A stretch of DNA of 63,181 nt, filler included, from Chiloscyllium plagiosum (GCF_004010195.1; 5 parts of one record of this genome joined end to end with filler, not necessarily neighbours in it); one strand, 5' to 3'; shown: positions 38,317 through 50,924, counted from the first letter of the whole stretch. A program made the numbers and translations. The notes: generated by a model not told the origin, from the letters alone.

Positions 38317-41300
38317 TAATAAATAGTTTTATTAAAAAAAAAGATTTGAGATTTTCTTTACAAAATAACAAAATTAATATAAAATAGTGTATCCACTTTA
38401 CAATATAATAACAGCACCAATATAAAATTTAAAAACTGGTTACTAATCTACTCTACAAACTACCAAAACACAAAATAAAATTTAGGAAAAGAAGACTCTA
38501 TATATTAAAAAAACACAGTATCATATATTCCTAACAATAACCAAAAAAAAATTAAATAAATAAATGCACATTCAAAATAAAGTTATATCAAGTCACAAAA
38601 AAAACCGTATTTATACGGGATTCTTCCTCCCAAGGGCCCCCGAACCAACTAACATCGTCCTCACGGTTAAGCAAAGGCCCTAAACAGTATGGCTGATAAA
38701 TCTGCATCAGTGTAGTTCAAAAAGGACTGCCATGTTCTATACAATAATTCCGTTTTTGGTGCACCATATTCAGAAGGAATTCCAGGCGGATATATTCCAT
38801 AACTATCCTATGCTAATTCAAAAGTCCTGGGGGACTTTCAGTTACCCAACTTACTAAAATATTTTTCCTCGCACAAAAGGAAAGGATAGTGAATAGTATC
38901 TTCCCGTATGCATCTAGAGAAGGGAAATTTGGATAACCCAAAAGAAGAGATACTGGGCCCAACCCAATCTCCGTTCCCAAAATCTTTGCCAAGGCGTTCG
39001 CTACGCTGTCCCAATATTTACGAATCTTATGGCATGTCCACAAACAATGAGTGAGAGTATCAACTTCTATTTTACTTTTAGGGTACATTGTGGATGCTCC
39101 TGCCTTGAACTTTGCAAGCCGATCTGGTGCCATATGAGCCCTCTGAAGTATCTTGAATTGAATAGCCTGAGTTCTATTACAGATAGAGGTCTTCCTGGCA
39201 CTTTCCCAGATATCCTCCCACATCTCTAAGGAGATTTCCATCCCTAATTCTTGATTCCAAATTTTATATAACTATTCCATGTCCTTCAATACCTTATTAC
39301 GTACCAAGTGGTAGAGAGTACTGACCGAAGGCGAATCCATTGGCCGAAGCGCTCTCCTTCCCATATCCGAATTATAAGGATTAGTCATCAATATGGTCTT
39401 ATTTTGTTTGAAGTCTCGTACTTGAAAATATTGAAAAAGATCCTTCTTAGGCAACAGTTCGAAGGATATCACAATCTCTCCATCGATCAGATCTCCCAAA
39501 CATGATATACCACTTGACTCCCAGGTTTTAAATCCAGCATCCTTCAGGCCTAGCTGAAATCCAAACATTCCCACTATAGGGGTATAAGGGGAGGTTTTTT
39601 TTGTAAACTAGGAGGAGAAAGTGAGGGCTGCAGACGCTGGAGATCAGAGCTGAAAATGTGTTGCTGGAAAAGCGCANNNNNNNNNNNNNNNNNNNNNNNN
39701 NNNNNNNNNNNNNNNNNNNNTTAATTAATTAANNNNNNNNNNNNNNNNNNNNNNNNNNNNNNNNNNNNNNNNNNNNGGGCTGCACGTTCCGAGGGTGAGA
39801 GGTTGGAGTGGGTGAGAGGGGTGGAGAGGTTGAGGCGGTCAATGTCGCGGCGGAAGTTGGCTATGAAGAGATCGAGGGCGGGTAAGAGGGCAGCACGGGG
39901 TGTCCAGGTGGATGGGGTGTGTTGGAGGCAGGAGAAGGGGTCGTCAGAGGGTGGTCGAGAATCTTGGTTGAAGAAGTAGGCGCGGAGGCGAAGGCAGCGG
40001 AAGAATTGTTTGATGTCACGCCGCATGTTGAACTCGATCCGAGAGCATAGGGGAATGAAGGTGAGGCCTCTGCTGAGGACTGATCTTTTTTGTAAACTAC
40101 CCCAATTCTGTCTCATCATCCTCCAAGCTTTGATTGTATTTAATACAATAGGAATTTTACAATGATCCATAATAAATTTCATCTTATCCATAAATAGTAG
40201 ATTGATGAGAGGACATTTTGCTTGGGAGGCCTCAATATCCAACCAAATTGATTGTGGGTTACAAGAGACCCAATCAGCTACATATGATAACAGAGAACTC
40301 AGTTGGTACCACATGAAATCCGGAAAATCCAGACCTCCCCTTACTTGTGGGAGCTACAACTTATCTAATTTAATAAGGGGCTGTCTATGACTCCAAATAA
40401 AGGAACTGAGCCAACCATAGAGGTAACACAGCGTCTGTCTTGGCAACATCAAGGGGAGCATTCTTATAGGGTATAATAAGTGAGGTAGAATACTCATCTT
40501 GACCAAAGCTATTCTTCCTAGCCAGGATATTGGGAGATCTTCCCAGCGTTGGAGGTCCTGCCTTATTTTCTCTAATAAGTGTGTAAAATTAGCTTTATAT
40601 AGTTGACCAAATACCGGGGTAATAAAAATACCTAAATAAAGAAAGCCTCCCAGTGACCACCAAAAGGGGAAGCGGGATCCCTCCAGAAAATTGGATATGC
40701 TGGTAAGACCTCCTAGCAGCATGGCCTCTGATTTCATAGAATTAAATTTGTAACCTGAGAACATACCAAATAAGTTAACCACTTGAATTAAGCGGGGCAC
40801 TGATGTCAATGAATCATTTAAGAAAAGAAGGACGTCGTCCGCATGGAGAGTGATTTTATGCTTACCCGATCCTACCTCCGGGGCCATTATATTAGGGTCA
40901 GTTCGTATGGCTTCCGCCAGTGGCTCAATCACTAGTGTAAATAGTAGTGGTGAGAGAGGGCATCCTTGACGACAACTTCTGCCAATAATAAAACTATCTG
41001 ATCTTACGCCGTTGGTAATCACCACTGCTTTGGGGTCACTATATAATACTGCAACCCATTTAGTAAAGACTTCTCAATACCAAACCGTTCCAAAGTATAA
41101 AAGAGATATGGCCATTCTACCCGATCAAATGCCTTGTCTGCATCTGGGGAGATGATTAATTCCGGTATCGCTCCCTGCTGGCAGACTTATACCATGTTTA
41201 ACACTCTTCTAATGTTATTAGTTGATCTGCGATCCTTAATAAACTCCGTTTGATCCTCTTTTATAATGAATGGTAAAACCCTCTCTAATCTTAATGACAA

Positions 41301-44300
41301 CATTTTTGATAGAATTGTAAAGTCCACATTCAAGAAGGGTATAGGTCAGTATGAAGTACAGTCATCTGGGGATTTTCTTTTCTTAAGAATGAGAGAGATA
41401 TTTGCTTCTCTCAGGGAGGGCGGGAGGCTACCCTGACTGTGAATAATTACATATATCTATAAGTGGTCCAGCCAATTCATCTATAAATTCTTAATAGAAC
41501 TCAGCCCGGAATCCATCTTCTCCGGGCACTTTACCGCTGTGGAGCTGCCTCACTGCCTCCTGGACTTTCTGGGTTGTCGGGGGGACGTTCAAAAGTGACA
41601 CCTGCTCTGAGGTTAGGCCTGAGAGGGCCAGATTTAAAAAAAAAGACTCCATCTTCCTCATTCTATCCTCACAGCCCTCCGACTTGGACAATTCGAAATA
41701 GAACTTTCTAAAGGTTGCATTAATCTTTTTAGGATCACAAGTCAAGGTACCAGCACCTTCTCTAATAGACGTAATGGATTCGGGAGCCTTTTTCTTTCTG
41801 GCAAGGTATGCTAGATACCTTCCCGGCTTATTGCCGTATTCCAATAATCTCTGCTTCGCAAATAGTATATCCGTCTTTGCTGTTTGAGTAAATGCGGTAT
41901 TCAAAGTTGCCCTGAGGGCTGTAATCCGCTATAGTTTAGTAATGGAGGGCCTATCAGCATATGCTGTCTCAGCTGTCTTCAGGCGAGCCTTGAGCAGACC
42001 TGTTGTTCTCCCTTTTGTCTTTTTCGGGTCGCAGAATATGAGATAACCAAGCCATGCGCATATGCCTTAACAGTCTCCCACATCACCGATGAGTTACTGG
42101 CCTGAATTGATATCCCAGAAAGTTTTAAATTCCTGCGAGAAATATTCTATGAACTTACTATCCTTCAATAGGAAAGATTCCATACACCAGTGTCGGGAGC
42201 CCATCTCGTCGTCATTAGTCTTAACCTCGATATACACTGCTACATGTTCAGAAATAGTTATATTAACTATTTTACAAACAATGTTGAATTCAGAAAGGCT
42301 GAGGGGACAAAAACATATCAATTCTGGTATGGCACTTGTGTGGATTAGAAAAAAAAGTAAAATCTCTACCCTCAGGGTGAAGACACCTCCACACATCTAC
42401 CTGCCCCAACTCCCTATTCAGATCAGCCAACAGCCTAGATCTCAGAGATATGCCTGCGGAGCTCCTAGGCATCCTGTCCACCTCGGAGTTGATAATACAA
42501 TTAAAATCTCCCCCTATAATTGTGTGATGCACCCCAAGAGCCATCAACTTGGAGAACACATCTGTTACAAATGTAAAAGAATGTGCCGGGAGGCAATAAA
42601 CATTAAAAATCCCATATTCCTCTCCATACATTAGGGCTTGAAGTAATATATACCGTCTGGACTCATCTCTTATCTGGCTTAGCATTTGGAAGGGAAGATT
42701 CTTCCGGGTAAGAATGGCCACTCCCCTACTTTTTGAGCTAAAATCCTCCCTGCTGCAGCTTCGAATGCTCCTTATCAAGTAGACATGTCTCTTGTAGAAG
42801 GATTACATCAACCCTTTCTTTTTTAAGACTTGATAATATCTTTTTCCTTTTAATTGGCGAGTGGCTCCCCTTGACATTCCAGGTGCACCATTTAAACGAA
42901 TGACTAGCCATGATCGTTCAAGAAAGTCCGAGACCCCCCCAGGAGGAAGAACCCCACTCAAAAGGCATTGAGTAAAGACCATAAACAATTCACATATAAA
43001 AACAACCTTTAAAGCAACTAAATCAAAACAGCTAAGAACTATTCCTAAAAAAAACATAAGTCATAATTAAAAGGAGACTTTCCCCCTTGTCCACAGGAGG
43101 CACTCCTACCTTCCAGTAATCCCACCATAACACCTCTCAGCTGGAGCCATGCCCTCGGCCCAAACATTACAAAGTAAGGTAAACAGATATCTTATAATAC
43201 AAGAATTAAAAGTGGGCAACCAACCCACCCCCTCCATATTATTACCCAGGCACTTTTAACAAAACAGCAACATAAAATAGAATATATAAAATTACAATAC
43301 CTGCAAATATTAAGGGACAAAAAACAACTCAGAAACATCCCCCAACAATCGGATAAACCGAGCGAGTTATAGATGAGTCAAAAGAAAGAACCCCCACCCG
43401 GAGGAAGGATGGAAAAGAGAAAGAGGGAAAGGGGAGAAGAAAAAACAGAAGGAGGCCAAAATCAAGTCATTATCCATATAGTTCAAGTCCATCAGTCTAT
43501 TTGAGAGCATCCAAAAATCCTTTTACTTTTTCTGACAATCCAAAGTTATACACAGATCCTCCATGACTGAAGCATAGCATTGCTGGGTTTTGCATGGAAT
43601 ATTGAATATTTAAATCCCTCAGACACTTCTTTACCTCGTCAAACGTCTTCCTCTTGCGAGTTACAACCAGAGAGAGAGGAATCCTGGAACAGCATTATTT
43701 TGGAACCCTTGCATACCATGACTTGGGGTCCTTTCCCAAAACTCTGGAGGCCTCCAGCAGCATTTGTTTTTCATGCAGTGCTGAAGTCGAACTATGACCG
43801 GGTGGGGGCGCTGGTCCAACCCGACCCTGCGCACAGCAATCCGGTGGGCTTGCTCAGCCCGCACCGGGCCCAGCTCAGACTCCAGCTTCAACAGCTGTTG
43901 GAGCCATTGCTCCAAAACATCAACAAGCTGGCTTTCCTCCTCCCGTTACGGAAGGCCCAGCAACCGAATATTTTTCGGCCCAGACTCGGCGCTCCAGAGC
44001 CCAGACCTGTCCCACAGAGGATTCAGCAGCGGTCTCGGAGGCCGTGGCCTGTTGCTCTGCCCCTCCAACATGCTGTCTCTCGGTCATGCTTCTGCAGCAT
44101 GACAGAGATTGACTCCCACCTGCAGCTTAACCATCTCCGAGTTGAGTCTCGCCTTTGCTGGTAAGTCCCCCGAGGTGGCCGTGGCCGTCTCGGTTGCTGC
44201 CGGGGCGGGACGTCTCTCCCTGTTGCGAACTCCATGATCCTTTACCGTTGGTCATTTCAAAATGTATCAAACTGCTAAAGTTTGATGCAGAATGACCAAA

Positions 44301-44429
44301 GCTGCTGGGACAAAACTATTTTTAACAGTTTAGAAAGTGAGGGGAGGGTAGGTACCCCACTTTGCCTGGGTCCTGGGCAGAGCTCAGCAGAATCAGAATT
44401 AATGTGTCGCCACCATCTTGAATCCACAC
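38317..44429 (-). mobile_element. Full-length L1-clade LINE with TSDs, inserted in the R2 RT region
   Basis: TSD ccctgtccaattttttt at 38300-38316 and 44430-44446, with a TT|AAAA target. The 5' end reads GATTCAAGATGGTGGCG (YY1-like AAGATGG). ORF1 about 44255-43497 (RAHR-like QAHRIA..RPHPVIVRL). ORF2 about 42911-38667 (TWNVKG, LQET, GGDFN, RID, CRQGCPLSPLLF, LHADD, HCLWTC). Both ORFs are disrupted. Confidence 0.93.
39611..40085 (-). mobile_element. Penelope-like element inserted in L1 ORF2, interior lost in the assembly gap
   Basis: TSD ttttttgtaaacta at 39597-39610 and 40086-40099. LSRGLTFIP..FFRCLRLRAYF..SNLSPSERAA is a Penelope ORF N-terminal region. The left end matches the pseudo-LTR seen at 23736-23875. 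Confidence 0.85.
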
Positions 44430-46959
44430 CCCTGTCCAATTTTTTTAATACATCTCCCCAATTGGCAGTGCCAATACCAATCCATTGATCTATTTTTGCT
44501 GAAAGATACTTTTCTATATTCCCAGGCTCTATATACTGTATTATATTATAATTGAGTCCAATTCCTCCTATCATTATAAATAAACATTTTGTTTTTATAA
44601 ATACAATGAAACTCTTTTGTTTTCTTAATATTTACATTCAATCCTGTACTCTCGCAAACCTTCTGCACTCTTTTCAGGTTAACCACCATTCCTTCATAGG
44701 TATGACTTACTAGCGCAATGTCATCCACAAAAGCCAATGACACACAATGATAGTTGTCACTGTCGGGATCTAAAAAGACCCTCTTATTACTGTCTTCCCT
44801 GCTTTATGCCTTTTAAAATATCAATTTTATTAGTTTTACATTTAAAACCTTCTACTGTAGTGCTGTTATCAAGATGTGTGTTATTAGTTTCACAAATTCT
44901 GTCGGTAGTGATAATCTATTAAGAGCTTTTAATATGTGTTTATGTCCTACCGAATCAAAGGCTTTGGCTAAATCAATAAATACAATTGCCAATTCTTGTT
45001 TTCTCTTTATCGATCAACTTATGATGTTACTTAAAATTTTGATATTCTGATCACAACCAGAGACTCCTGTAAGAAATCCTTTCTGCTGTTTATTTAGTTT
45101 GATTAATTCACTTAATCTTTTGGCCATGATCTTGGTAAAGATCCTGAGTAGGATAGGCCCTATCATTATTGGTCTCCAATTATCAATTTATCTCAATTCC
45201 CCTTTATCATTAGTTTAGGAATAAGTACTGTGCAACTGACTTTCGTTTACTTGGGAACATTACCGGTTTTCAACCATATTGAAAATATTCTAGGAAGTAT
45301 TTAATTATCCATATATTGTATATAGCTATTATGTCTTTAACCTCCATGCCGTCCGGCCCAGCAGCAGTTTTTGAGTCTATTGCCCTCAGGGCCTGATCAA
45401 CTTCCTCTACTGTCATTGGCTGGACTAAGGAGTTATTTAAATGGGTGTCCCTTTATATTTTGCGAAATTTTTAATATTTGATTTATCATTCGGTGTTGAT
45501 AATTTGTTTCAGAAGAACTCCTCAAGTTCCTCCTTTTTTAGTGGACAAATACTATTTATGGGGGCTCCCATCAATTCCCTCACTAAATACTGTCTTCTGT
45601 GTTTGAAAAATGTTTGTACTTCCTTGAATTTAACTTTCTTTATTGCAAATTTCTACCTCGCATTATTACTTTGAGAGCTATCCCCTTTCCGGGTTTGATT
45701 CCTTCTCTCTCTAATTATCGTATTCCTCTTTTTTCCATCGTCCTTTTTCTTTAATAGCTTTTTTGTAATTTTATCCATTATTCTATTATTTTCTCTTGCT
45801 ATATTACGTTTATTTTTAATTATGTTATGCTCAATTAAATTTAATAAATTGTTTATAGATTTTTTTGCTTTTATTGCTTCCTTCATTTTTATTCTCGCAA
45901 GATAGACCTAGCTTTTCTAATTTATTTTGCATCTCTTCCACATTCTCTGCCCTTACTGTTTCTTCTCTTTCTCCTTCTTCATCTTTATTATCCTTCCCAA
46001 ACTCAATTTCTTCCTCATCTTCCTTATCTTCTCTATTCCTATTACTATTATTTTGCTTCACTAAGATTCTTCTTTTATCTGAAATTTATTTGGGTGTTAG
46101 TTTTTTGTTGTTCTGCTATCTTTTTTTTATATACCTACTGTCAGAATATTGTTTTTCCAACTCTTGCAACATTGCTACTTCAGTACTAGACCAGACTCCC
46201 TGTTTACATTTATTCTTATTTTGGTTATTTTGACTATCTTTATTCTTACTGACACTTTGAGTTCTTTTAGAATTCCTAAGAGCAGCATGCTTGTGTCTTT
46301 CATGTTGCCCTAGTCCTATGGCAGTAAGTAAATATGAGAGGGCACTTTTCACATTGGAAGACCTCATCTATTAAGATTTCTTTCTTTCCTTACAATTAGA
46401 ATAATGGCATGCCCCCGCATGGTAGCTTCTTTCCCAATTGCATTTGCTACATCTAACCCGTACTGATTTTATGCCCCCTACATCTATTTATATGTTTCCT
46501 GAATTGTCCAGTTGTGTTATATAGGACAAGATTCACATTTTAAATTATTAATTGGATATTTTATGATCAAATTTAGTTTATCCTTGTTGGATGCAGTTGG
46601 AATTACAACCATTGGTTTAGTTGGAATATTCAATTCCTCGCTTCTATGCTCTTTAGTTGAATTAAACTTAAAAAGCTCTTTAAAATTTGAATTGTAAAAT
46701 GTATTGGTTGTTAAAAGACCCAGTCTAGGAGGGGCTGACTCCTTTGACTAAATTGTTTCTCCACTCTGATTCTGAATATTTGAAATGTTTTCCCCATGAT
46801 TACTATCCTAAGGTAGAAGACCTGAAGGGTCACCAGCCATCTCATATTTCTTCTGTGGCCGTATTAGCCGACCTGGAATGAGTAATACTCCAGCAATGGC
46901 TTGACTAAGATTAAAACCGCTCAATGCCAGTTAAAAGCAAAACTCGGATAAAATCCATT

Positions 46960-47587
46960 GCACAGTGGCTCAGTGGTTAGCACTGCTACCTCACAGCGCC
47001 AGGGACCCGGGTTCAATTCCAGCCATGTGTAACTGTCTGTGTGGATTTTGCACATTCTCCCCGTGTCTGCGTGGGTTTCCTCCAGGTGCTCCAGTTTCTT
47101 CCTACAATCCAAAAGATGGGCAGGTTAGGTGAATTTGCCATACTAAATTGCCCATTGTGTCAGGTGCATTAGTTGGAGTAAATATAGTGTAGAGTACAGG
47201 AATGGGCCTGGGTGGGTTTCGATTAGATTAGTTACAGTGTGGAAACAGGCCCTTTGGCCCAACAAGTCCACACTGACCCACCGAAGCGCAAACCACCCAG
47301 ACCCATTCTCCTACATTTACCCCTTCACCTAACACTACGGGCAATTTAGCATGGCCAATTCACCCAACCTGCACATTTTTGGACTGTGGGAGGAAACCCA
47401 CGCAGACACGGTGCGAATGTGCAAACTCCACACAGTCAGTCGCCTGAGGTGGGAATTGAACCCAGGTCTCTGGCGCTGTGAGGCAGCAGTGCTAACCACT
47501 GTGCCACTATGCCGATCCTCTTTGGAGGGTCGGTGTGGACTTGCTGGGCTAAAGGGCCTGTCTCCACACTGCAGGGAATCTAATCTA
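46960..47587 (+). mobile_element. HE1-type SINE containing a second, complete HE1 on the - strand (47221-47513)
   Basis: A and B boxes on + at 46965-47020 and on - at 47450-47510. The host copy resumes at about 47514. Confidence 0.88.
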
Positions 47588-47589
47588 AA

Positions 47590-47835
47590 AGTAAAAACAG
47601 CAATAAGACAGTTAATGTTTGCCAAATTCTGTCAAATAATTTTGAAATTGTCCTTCCCCCTATTTAGACACAACGTTTGCACTATCTTTATCCCTTTTCA
47701 TAATAACTTTGAAACTTATTTAGTTATTGTCACTATCCCAAATTCCTTGACATTTCAACCACTTGACCAGTTTCATTCTCTCAGATTAAGTCTAGCACCA
47801 CCCCATTTCTAGGAAGACTATCCACTATATGCAGG
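47590..47835 (-). mobile_element. CR1 ORF2 endonuclease-end fragment on the R2 5' side
   Basis: Minus strand PRNGVVLDLI..ENETGQVVE..DSDNN*ISFKVIMKRDK..LANIN, across frameshifts. In CR1 this segment directly precedes the one at 36640-36785 (compare ORF 60953-61492). Confidence 0.7.
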
Positions 47836-48894
47836 AGGCACAAAAAGCTTGCACGTTTTAATCATCTCCCAGAGCTATTGCCAGGGCCTCTGGATTACTG
47901 GCCCATGGCAATGTGACAATGTCCCGGTCTCCCCTGCTGACTCTATAGCTCCCCACTCTGTCCCCACCCCTGTGATCTAGCTCTCTGCTGTGATCTGGAA
48001 CTCTCCCACACCCCGACTCCAGAGTTCCCAACTCTCCTCCCAAACACCTGGGACTCCACTCCCCAACTCTTCTTTTGTGACCCCTTGTGCCCAAATTCCC
48101 CTCCCCTTGACTCCAGTGCTCCCTTTGCCATCCTCCATGGCTTACCTTACCAACCCTGGTGACCCCAGATTTGCCCCTAGGCCTTTTGCCCAGTTCCTGT
48201 TTTGCTTTCTCCAGTCCACTTTTTCTTCCATTTATCACATCCACTTCATACACCGCTGCCAGCCGGGCTGACACAGAAATTCTCAGTGGGGAGCTCCTAA
48301 ACACACTCTGCCATTTGATTATAGAAAGTAACCAGCAAGCAGCTCATGCCATGCTGTAGTTCTTTGCTCAAGTTCCCTGACCTTCAGGAGATATCAGTAG
48401 GAACACTGTATTTCCAGCCTTATTGTTTTGATTAGCTTGCTATTTTGTTTATTTTTAATGAGAAAATAAGCTTGCCAGGATTGAAGATAATAAACTCAAT
48501 GGGAACAGTGTTTCAATGTGGCTAACAAGAGAAGTTAAATTAGCTTGAGCTTACAAGAAGAGGCTTATAATGTTGCCAGAATTATACTAACACTGGAGAG
48601 TCGAAGAATTTTAGAATTCTGCGAATGGTAACCGATAAAGAGAAAATAGAATACAAAAGTAAATTAGTAACAGACAAAAAGGAATTCTGGGAACTTCTAA
48701 AACTATGTAAAAAGGAAGAAATTAGCAACAGGAAAATGGGTCCTTTAGAGATAGAGGAAATATTATAATTGGAATGTGGAGAAAATAGAGACATTAAACA
48801 AATATTTTTTATTAGTTTTTATGATTGTAAACACAAAAATGTAAAAAAACTTCAGAAAACCAAAATTCAGTGAGATCATCAAAGAAACAAGTAT

Positions 48895-49920
48895 TGGTAG
48901 TGTATTGGACAGCGAAGAAGGTTACCTCAGAGTACAACAGGACCTTGATCAGATGGGCCAATGAGCCGAGGAGTGGCAGATGGAGTTTAATTTAGGTAAA
49001 TGTGAGGTGCTACATTTTGATAAGGCAAATCTAGGCAGGACTTATACACTTAATGGGAAGGTCCTGGGGACTGTTGCTAAATAAAGAGACCTTGGAGTGC
49101 AGGTTCATAGTTCCTTGAAAGTAGAGTTGCAGGTAGATAGGATAGTGAAGATGGTGTTTAGTATAGTTGCCTTTACTGATCAGTGCATTGTGCAAAATTG
49201 TTGGGAGGTGATGTTGCAGCTGTACAGGATATTAGTTAGGCCACGTTTGGAATAATGCTTGTAATTCTTGGCTCTCTGCTATAAGAAGGATGTTGTGAAA
49301 CTTGAAAGGTTTCAGAAAAGATTTTCAAGGGTGTTGCCAGGGTTGGAGGGTTTCAGCTATAAGGAGAGGCTGAATAGACTAGGGTTATTTTTCCTGGAGC
49401 ATCATATGCTGAGGAGTGCCATTATAGAGATTTATAAAATCATAAGGAGCATGGATAGGATGAATAGAAAAGGACTTTTCTCTGGGGTGGGGGAATCCAA
49501 AACTAGAGGGCATAGGTTTAACGTGAGAGGGGAAAGATTTAAAAGAGACCTAAGGGACAATTTTTTCATGCAGAGGGTGTTGCAAGTGTGGTATGAGCTG
49601 CTAGAGGCAGTGGTAGAGGCTGGTACAATTGCAACATTTGAAAGACATCTGGATGGGTATATGAGTAGGGTTTAGAGGGATATGGGCCAAATGTTGGCAA
49701 ATGGAACTATATTAATTTAAGATATCTGGTCAGCATGGACAAGTTGGACCACCCTCAATGCCATATCTCCGTATTTTGTGCAGTAGCCTACCATGGGGTT
49801 TAGAGGGATATGGGCCAAATGTTGGCAAATGGAACTATATTAATTTAAGATATCTGGTCAGCATGGACAAGTTGGACCAAAGGATCTGTTTCCATATTGT
49901 ACATCTCTATGACTCTATGA
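48895..49920 (+). mobile_element. CR1/HER1 LINE 3' kilobase
   Basis: ORF 49268-49675 CR1 ORF2 C-terminus and ctctatgactctatga tail. Confidence 0.9.
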
Positions 49921-50575
49921 CAGTGTGAATTACGATTTGAAAATAGATAGTATAGATGAACTTAGAGGGTCAAAAATTCCCTCGATCTGTTCGATTACAC
50001 ATGAGAAGTTTAAAAGAGACGGCTACAAAACAATGGGTGGGTTGGTTTTGATCTTCTAGAATTGCCCGGAGTTTAGTATTTTTGTAATTCGATCAGGGTT
50101 AGGGTTAACCCTTATCTGCAGCCTAACCGTCATGGGACAACCACGGAGTGTTGTGTACAGTTTTGATCTCTTTACCTGAAGAAGAATATATTGCAATAAA
50201 GAGTTTGCAATAATGGTTCAGAAAACTTATTCTTTGAATCAAGGGATTGTCTTATCTGGAATATCAAATATTCTACACCTAAATTCACAGCACAGGTATT
50301 TGAGTGATTACCTTATTGGAACCTAAAGTCTTGAGATGATAGATGCTTGCATTCTATTTTTTCTGGCTTGAAATCTAGGAATCGTAGCCTTAGAATAAAG
50401 GGTTTTTAGGAGAAATTTAGGAGATGAGAAATTTCTTTACTCATACTGTGAATTCTTGATCTTTACTTTCATAGGTTGGAATTCCTTGCCACAGAGAGTT
50501 GTAGAGGAAGAGACCTTATGTATATTCAAGGCTAAGGTTAATAGATTCTTAATCAATAGGGGAAGCAAGTGTTCG

Positions 50576-50924
50576 TAGAATCCCTACCTTGTGGAAGCAA
50601 GCCATTTGGCCTATCGTGTCCACACTGACCCTCTGAACAGCATGCTACCTAAACCCATCTCCTACTCTATCCCAGTAATCCTGCATTTCTCATCCCTAAC
50701 CCACCTAACCTACACATCCTTTGACACAATGGGCAATTTAGCATGGAAAATTCACCTAATCTGCACATGTTTGGACTGTGGGAGGAAATCGGAGCACCTG
50801 GAGGAAACCCACGCAGACAGAGGATGAATGTGCAAACTCCACATAGATAGTTGCCCGTAAGTGGAATCAAACCCAGGTTTCTGGCGCTGTGAGTCAGTAG
50901 TGTTAACCACTGAGTCACGACGCC
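50576..50924 (-). mobile_element. HE1-type SINE
   Basis: Reverse complement has the tRNA head tgactcagtggttaac..gggtttgattcc, the HE1 body and a gggattcta tail. Confidence 0.85.

Larger units (their letters stand above)
36785..46940 (-). mobile_element. R2-family non-LTR retrotransposon (three-zinc-finger type), near full length, decayed, split by an L1
   Basis: Minus-strand translation across stops and frameshifts gives zinc fingers CESC..H, CSKC..HAGACHYSNC and CEKC..GLGQHERHKH (about 46290-46540). Myb: VWSSTEVAMLQELEKQY..KLTPK*ISDKRRIL (about 46060-46200). RT: AAGPDG, WRPIMIGPILLRIFTKIMAKRL, FIDLAKAFDSVGH, KGIKQG, LAFVDD, PLNPAQKVELL. CCHC region: LRTNLYPTR..SHISGWCP..RIKGHN. RLE: IPDLIL..EKIQKY, FYGFVIGARGKW. 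Stop codon at 37124-37126, followed by an AT-rich 3' UTR. Confidence 0.88.

Noticed and set aside
43580..44164. 194-aa + strand ORF
   Set aside because: It is antisense to the GC-rich L1 ORF1 and has no independent evidence.
45653..46233. Lys/Glu-rich ORFs as a host gene
   Set aside because: They are the low-complexity linker between the Myb and RT domains of the R2 ORF, or its antisense.
36700..47000. 28S rDNA around the R2 element
   Set aside because: No rRNA-like GC-rich sequence or TTAAGG/TAGCCAAATGCC target at either end.
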